From positions 288,001 through 352,000 of the forward strand of contig CAWBKB010000003.1 of the NCBI GenBank assembly GCA_963789265.1: DNA of 64,000 nucleotides, read 5' to 3'. Of the stretch, positions 1-10,749 are shown piece after piece. Each line of letters opens with the position of its first letter. The first letter of the stretch is position 1. The position numbers and the translations under genes were made by a program. The notes beneath the pieces are model-generated. The model saw nothing but the letters and a program-made list of their open reading frames with translations, was not told where the DNA came from and made no database searches. The DNA is from an uncultured delta proteobacterium (lineage in GTDB: Bacteria > Desulfobacterota > Desulfomonilia > Desulfomonilales > Desulfomonilaceae).

Positions 1-37
1 AAAGGGGAATAATAGGCGGCAAATCAAGGAGGAATGA

Positions 38-772
38 ATGGGAAGCACGCTCCAATTGTTAAAGAAGATGGCTTCAAGAAAAGCTGGGGAGCTGAGGGAG
101 GCATTCTCAAGGGGTGGGCAAGGGGACAGAATTGACAGGAACCTGCCGCTCAACTTGAGAATTAATGGCCTTGTTGAGGTGTCGGAAGTTGACTTTCTTC
201 TCGGGGGTGATGATATCAAAATTCGGCACCCCGAAGGCAGAGGCACGGTGGCAGCGTATGGTGTCGCCGCGATATTTAAGTCAACGGTCCATAAATTTTA
301 TCTGGATTTCGGGAACGACCAGGATTATCTGCTTCAGATAGTTGTCGGAGAGAAACAAGATATTGAGGAATGCAAGCTCTTATGGTCGGCTGACACGGTG
401 TATCCGGAAGATTGGGACTTCTGGATGAATGAGAATAATGGCTATATGGGTTACAGCATATTCGACACCCCTGATCAGACAAGGTACTATCGGGTGTGGG
501 GGGATCCCGGGGCCGAAAAGGTGGTGGAAGAAGGAGAGGGCGGGGAACGGATAACCCGTGTGCCGCCGGTTGAGTTTTCAGAGACGCTCTATTTTGGGTC
601 CAACGATGAAAAGACGGAGATTGTCAAACATTCAGCCATGCTTTACGGTCGCCATGCGAATGACAAAGTGGATGAATACCTGCTGGTCGGCCTCGATGAA
701 TATCCCGACACCGCCTTTATCCATCTGCTGATCGGCTTGGAGCTAAATCCCGCTTCCCTTGATGTAATCTAG
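38..772 (+). CDS. DUF2491 / YjfK-like protein
   Basis: 244-aa ORF with RBS (ggagg). The 'LPLNLRING', 'YYRVWG', 'HSAMLYGR' and 'EYLLV' pattern recalls DUF2491, and it lies next to a PspA-family gene as in yjfJ/yjfK loci. Confidence 0.65.
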   Translation: MGSTLQLLKKMASRKAGELREAFSRGGQGDRIDRNLPLNLRINGLVEVSEVDFLLGGDDIKIRHPEGRGTVAAYGVAAIFKSTVHKFYLDFGNDQDYLLQIVVGEKQDIEECKLLWSADTVYPEDWDFWMNENNGYMGYSIFDTPDQTRYYRVWGDPGAEKVVEEGEGGERITRVPPVEFSETLYFGSNDEKTEIVKHSAMLYGRHANDKVDEYLLVGLDEYPDTAFIHLLIGLELNPASLDVI

Positions 773-940
773 CGGGGGATACATGAAATGTCCGGCGTTG
801 CAAAAGCAAATCCGATTGTTCAGGTCGATAGCGGACTGCGTCCAGATTTGCTCTCTTCCTTAATTTTGGAGTGGGCGTAGCGTGCAACGCGCCTTGACTT
901 TGATTCGGGCAGATTGCATGTCATGTAGGGTCTCGGAATG

Positions 941-1106
941 GAAACTGTCTCAAAAGCCAATTATGCAACAAAATCGTGGTTCGATGCTTGTTTGCCCGGC
1001 GATCTCGCGTTCTGTGCGGGACTGGGCTACTATCGAACATCCTCCGGGACACCATCTATTTAAGCCCCATCGGGGCGATCGAAAGGCCGGTGCTTCAGCG
1101 CCGGTA
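941..1106. repeat. Degenerate MITE copy (family B)
   Basis: Begins GAAACTGTCTCAAAA, matching the TIR of the element at 12699-12906, and shares internal blocks (gggctac, tattt-agccccat-ggggcgat, ccggt-ctt-ag-gccgg). The second TIR is not recognisable. Confidence 0.6.
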
Positions 1107-1137
1107 ACGATTGTTGCTTCAAAGAGAGGATAACAAG

Positions 1138-1920
1138 ATGGGAACAATTTTCGGTTTCATGAAAAACCTCGGCAAGCAAAAGTTGGGTGACGCGGGTCGA
1201 AGTCTCACGGAAGCTATCGTATCCTGGGATCCGGAAGGCGCATCCCAAGCAGAGATTGAGACCATGATCGAAGATCTGGACAAGATTACGCGTGAAGCTG
1301 CCAATGCCCGCCAAACCTTCCAGAAGGACAAGGCACAAGCGGACGCTGCCAAGGCGAACTACGACAGGCATCTCCAGGCGGCAGAGCTTCTCAATCAAAA
1401 AATGGAAACAGCGAAGACAGCCGGAAACGAAGCCGAAGTGAAAAGCCTGGGCGAAAGCCTGGAAAAGTTACTCAAAGAGCTTGAGACTCTCCGGCCTGAG
1501 GTAGAGCAGGAGGCTAGGGATGCGGACGAAGCTAAATCCGTAATGGAAGAACTCGAGGAATTCGCCCGGGTGGCTGCTGAAAAGGTGAAAAAGGCCAGGG
1601 CTCAGCTTGAGACCGGGAAAAGAGACATGCAGCGAGCCGAGCTGGAAAAACAGCGAGCCCAGGAACGCGCCGAGCGCGCGGAACGGCTGGTAGGTTTGCG
1701 AGAAGAGACTTCTAATATGGGGGTGGCTTTGTCGGCCATGAATCGGCAGGCCGAAAAGGCTAGAACTGAAGCCGCTGCAGCCAGTATGAAGGCCGGGCTG
1801 CTCTCTCCTGAGAAATCTTCGCAAGACAAAAACATCGATGAAGCCTTAAAAGCGGTTTCCGGAGAGACCGAGGAACCTCAGGGGAGCTTCGCCGAGCGGC
1901 TGGCCGCCCTGAAGAAGTAG
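1138..1920 (+). CDS. PspA/IM30-like coiled-coil protein
   Basis: Long Ala/Glu/Lys-rich coiled coil ending ERLAALKK. RBS agagga precedes ATG 1138. Confidence 0.65.
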   Translation: MGTIFGFMKNLGKQKLGDAGRSLTEAIVSWDPEGASQAEIETMIEDLDKITREAANARQTFQKDKAQADAAKANYDRHLQAAELLNQKMETAKTAGNEAEVKSLGESLEKLLKELETLRPEVEQEARDADEAKSVMEELEEFARVAAEKVKKARAQLETGKRDMQRAELEKQRAQERAERAERLVGLREETSNMGVALSAMNRQAEKARTEAAAASMKAGLLSPEKSSQDKNIDEALKAVSGETEEPQGSFAERLAALKK

Positions 1921-2038
1921 TGGGGACAAGTTCCGATGAGTCGCCACTACAACAATTTACTACTGTATATCTGAGGAGCGATCTTTGGGCTCACAGCAAG
2001 AAAACGCCGGCCGGCCGGAACTGGAGGGCCCACGGGTC

Positions 2039-2755
2039 ATGATCCGTGATGCTGCCGATCCGCAGGAAAAGCGGTACAATCTCAAGAAGAACAAGCCGGT
2101 CCGGCCCCGTTCTGGTGTAGCCGACATCTCAAGGGAAGCCGAAGCAAAGCCTGGTTCCCTCGACAGCCGAAGACCTGAGACTGCAACGGGATTGCGGGCG
2201 AGAGGACGAGAAATAATTCGCAAGAACTTCCTTGATCCCCTGATCTTCTCGCAGCACTCTCCATCATTCGATGCAGCCGGAGTGGCCTTGGGTTTCGTAA
2301 TCGGATTCGGCTGCCCCTTTGGCGCGCACGTCCTGACCTTAAGTTTGCTCAGACTGTTGTTCAGATTCAATTTCGTGCTGGCCGTTGCTTTCACATGCGT
2401 AATAAATCCGATTAATATAGTGCCGTTTTATTACGGATACTATCGGTTAGGTTCCGTTGTGCTCGGACGGCCCGTCACGATGAACTTCCAGATCTTCCAA
2501 GGAATCATGAATCCAGTTCTGAGTAAGGCATACTTCTGGGAAGTATACGCAGCTTTCATCCAGCTTGGTTCGGAAATCCTCTCCAGGTGGCTGGTCTCTG
2601 GAGTGATTCTGGCGGTGGTCTTTGGTGTCTTGGGCTATATTATAGCTTTCAGAGTCCAAACCAAGCGGTGCATGGAACGGGCACGAATGTTGGGGATTCA
2701 ATATGAAAGGTACCTGGCGGAAATGGAGAAAAGGGCTCAAGCAGATGAAAGATGA
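2039..2755 (+). CDS. DUF2062 domain membrane protein
   Basis: 'SP..A.GVALGFVIGF.P', 'INPINIVPFYY..YRLG' and a C-terminal TM helix. Start uncertain. Confidence 0.75.
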   Translation: MIRDAADPQEKRYNLKKNKPVRPRSGVADISREAEAKPGSLDSRRPETATGLRARGREIIRKNFLDPLIFSQHSPSFDAAGVALGFVIGFGCPFGAHVLTLSLLRLLFRFNFVLAVAFTCVINPINIVPFYYGYYRLGSVVLGRPVTMNFQIFQGIMNPVLSKAYFWEVYAAFIQLGSEILSRWLVSGVILAVVFGVLGYIIAFRVQTKRCMERARMLGIQYERYLAEMEKRAQADER

Positions 2756-2871
2756 CCCTGAAGCTCATTCCTTGCTCGGCCAGAAATAACTGCTTGGTGC
2801 AGTGACCGGGACCCGGAAACTCCCGGCCGACCGCCAGTAGGGTGGACAAAGATGAAGCTTTCACGTCTTGG

Positions 2872-2900
2872 TAAAGGGGTTGAAGCCGGTGAACCCCCTT
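2872..2900. terminator. Hairpin between convergent DUF2062 gene and tatA
   Basis: aaggggtt...aacccccttc inverted repeat. Confidence 0.35.
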
Positions 2901-2936
2901 CTGACGAAGGGCGTTCCTTTCAGAGGCATCACCGGT

Positions 2937-3179
2937 TCATTTGGGCTCTATCTTGGCCGTATCCGTCTCTGCTGATTTTGCCTCTATGCGAGCGGCGGGC
3001 TGCATCGCCCCCGGGCTGCCCCCCGTAGCGGGCTGAGTGTCATCGCTATCGAGGGCTTTCTTGAAACTCTTCATTCCTTGGGCCACGCTACCCATGATCT
3101 CAGGGATCTTCTTGCCACCAAAGACAAAGACAACGATGAGAAGGATCAAGATTAGTTCGCTTGGTGACGGTATTTCCAT
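2937..3179 (-). CDS. tatA: Twin-arginine translocase TatA/TatE subunit
   Basis: ELILILLIVVFVFGGKKIPEIMGSVAQGMKSFKKAL is a canonical TatA TM plus amphipathic helix. Confidence 0.92.
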   Translation of the reverse strand: MEIPSPSELILILLIVVFVFGGKKIPEIMGSVAQGMKSFKKALDSDDTQPATGGSPGAMQPAARIEAKSAETDTAKIEPK

Positions 3180-3289
3180 TTTTGCTCCTCAAAACCCCAC
3201 GTGTGGCGCCGATCTTTAGACTCAGTTTATGGACTCTATTGTAATCACAAGAACATCTTGAGTCAAACGTCCGGGGATTAAGGTTTTGC

Positions 3290-3502
3290 ACCCATTTACG
3301 CCAGACTGTCCCGCGTTCCGCGGGATCGCTCCGGACTCCGATCAGGTAGGTCGGGCCGTGCCCGACACTGCGAAGCGCGGGACGGCGGCCACGGGCCGCC
3401 CTACTCGATTCCCGCGTACGCGGGTATGTAAACATACAAAGGGCGGGTTTAAAACCCGCCCCTACCAGAAACGCTATGTCACTTGCTTGAAAGCGAATCG
3501 GT
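3290..3502. repeat. REP-mosaic intergenic repeat (family C)
   Basis: Stacked palindromes (gtcgggc..gcccgac; gggcgggtttaaaacccgccc) ending ttgaaagcgaatcggta. This end and two internal palindromes are shared with 38055-38383. Confidence 0.6.
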
Positions 3503-3507
3503 ACCGG

Positions 3508-6500
3508 TCATTTCTTTGCCGGGAGTATCACCACTTTTTTACCCAAAGTTTTCCCAAAGCGATCGGGGTTATACATGAGCGAAATTCTGGACCCTCTCAT
3601 CCAGAATTCACCTTCCGCAACAGCCCTGGCAAGGTAAGAGTACCGGTAAGCCCCTCCCCAAGCCCGGTTTTTGAAGACCCTTACGCCATCATCGCGAAAC
3701 TCGAAATAGGTTGGGCGAAAATCAAAGAAGCCATTGCGCCAGGAACCTTGTTCTCTTGACGAATTTTGCGGTGACCGCGCCCTCTGTTTTCAACTCTGAA
3801 TTGATAGGAACCAGGCCGGCGGCAACAGGATCATCAAGAGCCAGATATTCCAAAGACTTATATCGGTCTTCTTTTGAAGAACGGTCAATTCCTATCTCGA
3901 TAGTGACCCTAACCACATCCCCTACCCGGATTTCATCCTTGCCATTCAGGTTCTCCATCTTCTTATGAAGGGTGAACCCTGCGGTCAATTGCGACGGGTC
4001 GGTGACTACATCCGGATAGGTGACGGAGAGTTCGTAATTCAGCAGATCTTTCGAATGGGATTCCACTCGAATAGCTCCTTTTTCGAGAAGCTTACGCGGA
4101 TCCAATTCGACGTACGCGGCGGCCTCCGACACCGTCACCTCAGAAGGCCCTTCTCCGCCATAATCTATGCGCACCCGAACGGGGCGGATCTTCTTCGTTT
4201 CTTTGCCTCGATAGTATTCACTGAGTGCCAGCAGGCACCAGCCCGTGTCGGCAGTGGACGTCCATCGACCATCAGGTTTCAGGCCCCTCAAGAGATCCCC
4301 GGCCCAGGAATCCGCCTTCTTGGATGTGCTCCCCAATTCAACAGATGCCATGAGGCATACTGCAAGTTCTCGGTAACTCGAATTGCGGTAATCGGTTCGG
4401 CTCGGGTCGAAGTGAGGGTGAAGCTTTGAGACCATCTCTTTGAGTTTATCATGCGACAAATAACCAACTTCTTTGGCCGACAGGAGAAGCCATGCTTTGC
4501 CCTCATCCCCCAGAGAATCGTATTCCTGAAAGAAAGGCTCCAGGTCTTGCCGCTTGAGCGCTTTACCGACGGCAAGGTTGAAAAGCGCCAACTCCCTCGT
4601 CCAGGCCCCACCATGATACCGGTCGGCTTCTCTCTTCTTGAACAAGTTGTCGTGGAGGAACTTCAACGCCCGCTTCAGACTCTCCTTGGGAACCTCGTAC
4701 CCCGCCTCGCTTGCCGTGATCAGGGCAAATGATGCATACATCGTTCCCCACCAGGAAGGGTTCAACTGGCCGGGCCAGTAAGAGAAACCGCCTCCGGCCA
4801 GTTGCATGGACAATAGTCGTTCGACCCCTTTTTTCAGGAACCGATCCACATCTCCCACTGAGACGCCCGGGATAACTTTTGAACGCGCAAGATCTCGTAT
4901 GCCGACAAGAGGAATGACCCCGGAACTGGTCTGCTCGATGCATCCGTACGGGTATTTGAGCAGGTATTTCAAACCGGGCGCTATCCTGGTCCAATTGGTG
5001 GTGCTAAAGCTCAAAACGGCTTTGAAATCCCCAGGGTTTATGTCATCAGGTTTCAGGACCTTCAATGCCTTTGGAAAGGGCGAGGATATTTCGGTCTCTC
5101 CGGTAAAACTTCCCAGGACTGTGCGTGTTACGGGCAAGTATCTGGAGTGGACGGGAAACGTTTGTTCCACAGCGTCGCTATATTGCCCCGAAGGGCCGGT
5201 GAAGGCGCCTTGGAAACGAAAGATGCCTTTTTCAGCTCCTCCGACAACATTCGCCTTGACCTTTACGGAAGATGAGGCAAAAGGCTCCAATGCCAGAGCA
5301 GATCGCAGGAGTCGCACACTCAAGTTAGGGGAACTCTCCACGTTGAGTCGGACATCACCTCTTCCCGAGGTCTTATTATGAAGCGCCAAGGGAAAAGTTA
5401 CCCGGTCCCCCGGGATAAGAAATCTGGGAATCGACGGCTCGATGAAGAACTCTTTGGTGACAACCATGTTCCGCTGCCCGGACACAAAGCCTGCGCCCTT
5501 ATCCGCGGCCACTGCATAAACTCGATATGCCGTCGTGGTGTCGGGGAGCTGAAATTCAACCGTCGCGTGGCCGGAGCCGTCAGTAATCACCGCTGGATTG
5601 AAGTAAGCCACCGGGCTAAAATTCTTGCGAAACTTAACAGTGCTTGCGATTGCTCCCGTGCCCATCCCGCCCCCGGTGAGAGGTTTTGTGGAAAACATGC
5701 GAAGCAAATCCTGGCTCACCAGGGCCTGGCGCAAATCTCCCGAAAATACTGAAAGAGGGATGCTGAAGTTGGTAAGGGAGGACAAGTCCGGCGTCTTAAA
5801 ACGAGTTAGCGCGAGCACCGCCTCGTCGACTACACAAACAGCTAGTTCCGATGAGACTCCCTTGCCATTTTGATCGGTTACTTTAAAGGTCAGAGTCTTC
5901 TTCTCGCCGGGCCGCCCTTTCAGCTCCAACGTTTCCGGAGCGATATCGAGCCGCAGCTTTTGCACGTCGCCTCTAATAGTGACGTTTGCATATCCGTAAT
6001 AGATGGTGGGAATATCCGTATCAACCTGAGTCGAATATATCGGGAAACCTTCCCTCCCTGCTGCAGCCATTACCGACACGTACACGTTTGGTTGGAACTT
6101 TTCAGTGGCCTTGAACTGGTAACTCCCGTCATTCCCGTTCACGTCTATTGCTCGGTAGTCAAGAATTTCTCCTCCCTTCTCGATTGTCACCAGACATTTC
6201 TTGACCGGCCGAGGAGTGTGGAATTGAATTTGAACCGGCTCGCCGGTGCGATACTCTTTCTTCGTCATGGAGAGTAGGACCTCGTCACTCGTGCGGGTCT
6301 CGTTCTTGGTTCGGCTTCTAACCCACTGGTCGTAATCTTCCCAACCGACACTGAAGAGGGTCTGACTGGTGTATCGCCCCGACTTGTCCTCGTAAGTGAA
6401 GCGGACCATGTAATCGCCGGAATCGGTCAGCTCCAATTGAAAAACCGCTTCTCCATTTACAATAGGCTGCCGGGAAGTCAGGCTCTTCATCCATCCTTCT

Positions 6501-8897
6501 TCCCACATAGGATTTATATTGCCTGCCTCATCCCGCTTTTGGGTGTAAAAATATTTCTTCTGCATTATTTGGGCTTCGATTTTGCCCGAAGGGATCTTCT
6601 TCCCTGTCTGATCCACCACAATAACCTTCAGCGGAGCAGCATAGCCGGACTGAACGCGGCGCGGGTGATTGGAAATGCCCAAAAGTACACGGGGTTGTGG
6701 GTTGAAGGTTTCCACCTCTGTGGCGGGCTCGCCGTCAATATCCAGCACTGTAGCTGAAATCTTTACGCCATAGATGCCGGTAAGCAAACGGGGATCCAAG
6801 GGGATTGTCAACCGGAGGTTTCCATCCCGATCCAACATGGATTCTCCCGATTCAAGAAATAGCGTTTTATCGTCCTCATTTCCGAAAAAATAACCATCCA
6901 GATTCGCGACCTTGTGGACAGCAGGCACAAGCATCGCCTTCCACCGCATGCGTGCATTTTTGACCGGTCCTCCAGTGTAATAACGGCTCTTCACGTCAAC
7001 CATGACAAACTCGTCCTCATGCTTGAAGCCGATATACTCCGTGCTTAGCCGTTTCCCTTTCTTAACTGAAAGAGAAACATAGTGGCGAGGCCTTTTGAAT
7101 TCTTGGACAAGGAATGTCCTCGTGAACAAGTTTTGTTTGTTGTCGCCGGCGGCTGTCGCTTTTATCGTGTAAGTCCCGACAGGAAAAAAATTTCTAAGTT
7201 GAAAAGTGTCGTAACAGCTTCCAAACTCACTCAACTTCAACTCTTTGCTGTAGAGAAGATCTCCTCGCGGACCCTCGATGTCCACTTTGACCGATTCGCC
7301 GGAAGGGGAGACGATGCGATTGCCTTTGTAATCTCTCGACATAAACTTGTAATGTACCACGTCTCCGGGGCGGTACACCCCACGTTCGGTGAAGATGTAT
7401 CCGGTTTGAGATGCCGGATTAGCCTGCAAATGTTTAGTCTGCTTGACAGAGAAAGGTTTCAGGGCAAGCGATTCAACTCCTATGCAGGACGCGTCCGAGG
7501 AAGTTGCTGCTACTGCCCATTTCAGTTTGGACAGGGCCAGATTTCCTTTGGTAGTTGCTGTGGCCTGAAGCCCTGATAATGTCGGGAACTCTTGTCCGTC
7601 TTTGACGAACAGCAAACCGTTCTTATCCGTCTTGCCTACCATGTACTTGTGATCGTCTACGTCCGACAGATAGATCTCTGCACCTGAAACAGGACTTCCT
7701 GTATGAATAGAGGTAACCCAAAGAAGCAGGTTCTTCGCCGACCTCTTGTAACCCACTGAGAGGTCCGTAATCTGAACAAGCCGTTGGGCACTCCCATGAA
7801 AACGTCCATCCGGGTCTGTAAATACAGCCACCCAAAGCCCACCTTTGGCCGGGTGCTCCCGGAAAGATAAAGGAACTGAGTAACCGTAGACGTGGTCAAG
7901 GGCCTCGGGAGCAAAGAACGCGTCCGAGTCCTCAGTGTATTCCCCTGCGAACGCGCCGCTGATCCTGCCGGAGCGGACCAGGTTTTTCAGTGCTGCTATT
8001 TTGTCCTTGAGTTTCAATTGCTTGAGGTCTTGCCCGTTCCAGAGAGCTTCAGCCGTTTCGGGCGCCAAGTACAGGGGGAATTTTAATTAGTTGGCAGCGT
8101 ACCTTTGTCACATTGGCCAAACTGAGGGGAAACAGTTGTCGGCCGCGAAGTTCCACCACGGAGCGTTCCGTCTTAAGATAAATTTCCGGCTTGATACCAG
8201 GGCCCTTGAAACGATATTCCCCGGCTTGGAGCAGACCGAGTCCGTTATTCACTCTGGCGGAAGAGATTTCCAGAAGGTAATCACGACCGTACTCGAAGTT
8301 CCCCGTGACGCGGAATCTCCAGCCGCCAGTTTTCGCAATGTTTAAGCCGGCCACGCTGGGTGTGATTTTCAGCGCGGTCACGAGATCATTCTCAGGAATG
8401 TCGCCCGATAGAGACAGGGTCAGCCCTTTGTCGGTCTTGGACCGATAGAAGGTACTCAGGTTGGTCACGGATATCTTTTCAATTGATATGAACTGATAAG
8501 TGAAATCGTGTACAAGCAGTTGTCTCCCGGTCACGTCGGAGAGCCCTTTGTTGATCGCGATCTTGACCGATGCGGGTTGCTCGGAAATCAGGATAGGCAC
8601 GAGCCTGAACTCACGTGCAGGAGCCGTAGCTTTCTCACGGTCCCGGACGCTCTGAATTTCGAATTTCCCCGCGGCGCCGTCAGTCAAGACTTTGGTCTGA
8701 GAGGCCAGATTCGACGGAAATACCGGCTTGTTGAAGGTCAGAGTGACACTCCACTTCCCCGGGGTCTCTGGTGGATAATAGGCATCCCGACGAGCATGTA
8801 CCGTCAAATCGTCGGCAAGGGCCAGGCCGGATACCCCCGCGAGAATTGCAAATAAGACAAGAATCAGCGGCAGCTTGCATCGAAATAGTCTGTTCAT
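3508..8897 (-). CDS. Bacterial alpha-2-macroglobulin (YfhM/YfaS-like), apparently frameshifted near 8070, 3760 and 3655
   Basis: Signal peptide in 8897-8049; 'IFTERGVYRPGD', 'VDEAVL', 'LPDTTTAYRV' and thioester 'YPYGCIEQ'. The C-terminal 'FEFRDDGV' and 'YSYLARAVAEGEF..MYNP' segments continue in shifted frames to TGA at 3508. Confidence 0.85.
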
Positions 8898-9125
8898 GGC
8901 TATAACTCCCTACCGATACAGAAGGGACGTCAGCGCAGGTTCGCTCTCCTCCCCTGGTTCATAAAGAACAGGAACAAATTAACCGAAAACGTACCAATAA
9001 AATCTTAGAGGTGTCAAGATATTCATTCAATGCTAATATTTGTGTGCATGTCAATTTTCATTCTGTTATATTTTGATACAAGAAAAGTAAAGCGTAAGCA
9101 ATGCTTTCATGGACTCGGGTGACGA

Positions 9126-9311
9126 ATGAAAGTCAAGGACAAAAGGACCGGACAATCGACCGGGACATCCAGCGGTCCCCTCCGGATTCACGAGGACGAT
9201 GGAAAACTCTTTGTGACCGGTTTCGGATTGTGGATCCCCGTTGAAACGGAAAAAGAGGGGCTTGAGCTTATTTATGAGCTGGAAGAGCAGGGCTACCGTC
9301 TGTGCCATTGA
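9126..9311 (+). CDS. Small hypothetical protein (61 aa)
   Basis: Compact ORF with protein-like composition, divergent from the A2M gene. Confidence 0.5.
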   Translation: MKVKDKRTGQSTGTSSGPLRIHEDDGKLFVTGFGLWIPVETEKEGLELIYELEEQGYRLCH

Positions 9312-9538
9312 ATTGAGTGTGTGCCGGACAAAGTCATAATGTGGCAGCTTACTGTGATAAAGATGTTGTGTAAGCAACAGGGAGGAAGTCGCTTCGAGCG
9401 TCGAAACAGGTAGGGTCTCATCTGGGGCCCCTTTTGTCACTGATCTGCGAATTTGCGTGGGGAGATTCAAAATCGGTGCGGCGGTTGGGGGAGTCATCAT
9501 ATAACTGCCAAGACCGGCCGGCACGCCTACCGAGAGCC

Positions 9539-10171
9539 TCAATCTTCAAACGACTTTACATAACCTGAATCGGAACTTTCTTCTCGCCAGGCGCCACCCC
9601 GAATTCCCTGGGTATCCTTCATTTTTTCATAATGGTCGGCCTCTTCCTGGCACCGCACGCAAAGTCTGGCCGCAGGGAACAGCCGAAGCCTCTGTTCGGG
9701 GATGGGTTCGCCGCACTCCTCGCAAATACCGTATTCGCCATGCTTCAACCGCTCCAAGGCATCTTCTATTTCTTTCAACTGCTTGTGCTGACGCATGGAT
9801 ATTTTTGCATCAAGCTCTCTGGAGATTTCACCGGTGGCCAAGTCTATTTCGTCACCTTTCTCGATGGCGTCGATGCTTCGGCCAACTTTAATGGACACCA
9901 GTTGATCCATGAGGACCTGCTTCGGGTTGAACGCCCCGGGAGTGTCAGGCCTGGACTTCTTAACCTCCTCAATCGGTCTTCTGGTCGTAGGCGGAGGTTC
10001 AGGAGCGAGCGTCTGGGGCGCTTTCTGTTCTGACGTGCCTGAATCCGCAACTCGATAGTAATTCTTTCCGTCCTCCACTTTCCTCTCAATCTGGCCCTTC
10101 TGAACCTTTCCCCTAACGCTGTTAGGGACGATGCCCAGAGCAGCCGCTATTTCTTCACGGGTCATCCACAT
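9539..10171 (-). CDS. TraR/DksA C4-zinc-finger protein with an N-terminal HTH-like domain
   Basis: 'DEIDLA' coiled-coil tip and 'YGICEECGEPIPEQRL..FPAARLCVRCQ'. The N-terminus 'MTREEIAAALGIVPNSVRGKVQKGQI' is HTH-like. Confidence 0.85.
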   Translation of the reverse strand: MWMTREEIAAALGIVPNSVRGKVQKGQIERKVEDGKNYYRVADSGTSEQKAPQTLAPEPPPTTRRPIEEVKKSRPDTPGAFNPKQVLMDQLVSIKVGRSIDAIEKGDEIDLATGEISRELDAKISMRQHKQLKEIEDALERLKHGEYGICEECGEPIPEQRLRLFPAARLCVRCQEEADHYEKMKDTQGIRGGAWREESSDSGYVKSFED

Positions 10172-10417
10172 TATCGCGACTCCTTGGTAGTTTCTTTCGT
10201 CCGCGTTAAATAATCACTAGGACGCGTATTTGCAAGGGCCTCCTCCATTTTATTCTGAATGGCCCCAAAATCAGACTGCCCTGAGCAGTCATCGTCTGAG
10301 TTCCCAATTGTACCGACATCGGCCCCATCCGTCAGTTGATAGCATTGCTACCGGTGTCGACGTGTCGTCTTGCGACCCCGCTGTCGTAACAGAAAAGGGG
10401 CCTCTGCGCGGACGCGA

Positions 10418-10446
10418 AGTCATATATCTTCTCCAACGAACTGTCA
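10418..10446 (-). promoter_or_regulatory. Sigma70-like promoter upstream of the dksA-like gene
   Basis: Minus strand reads TTGACA-17 nt-TATGAC. Confidence 0.45.
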
Positions 10447-10466
10447 ACCTTTTTTTACCTGAAATT

Positions 10467-10701
10467 GCAATCATTCACTTACGCGCGGGAAGAGGTTGTC
10501 ATTGCGAGTCCCGCCTCCCGCGGGACGAAGCAATCTTTTCCTTTAAACGCCGCTTAGATTGCCGGTGGGAGGTCCCGCGCGGAACGCGGGATTCCCCGTC
10601 ATCCCTAATAGACAGGCAGTCCCGCGAGGCGCGGGACTGCCCCACCATGCACTCCCCGCAATGACAAGGGCAAAAGATCCCCCGCATAAGTGAATGGTTA
10701 C
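10467..10701. mobile_element. MITE-like element (family A, copy 1)
   Basis: Imperfect 19-bp TIR gcaatcattcacttacgcg / cgcataagtgaatggttac enclosing REP-like palindromes (gtcattgcgag..gaagcaatct ... cgcaatgac). Confidence 0.6.
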
Positions 10702-10749
10702 CGCACTTTGTATGCATTCAGTTACAGCCGGAATTTGCCAGTGGATTCG

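Noticed and set aside
9370..9436. Possible GGA-containing Rsm/Csr-type sRNA with terminator
   Set aside because: Only two GGA motifs and no clear promoter; the hairpin is explained as a terminator between convergent genes.
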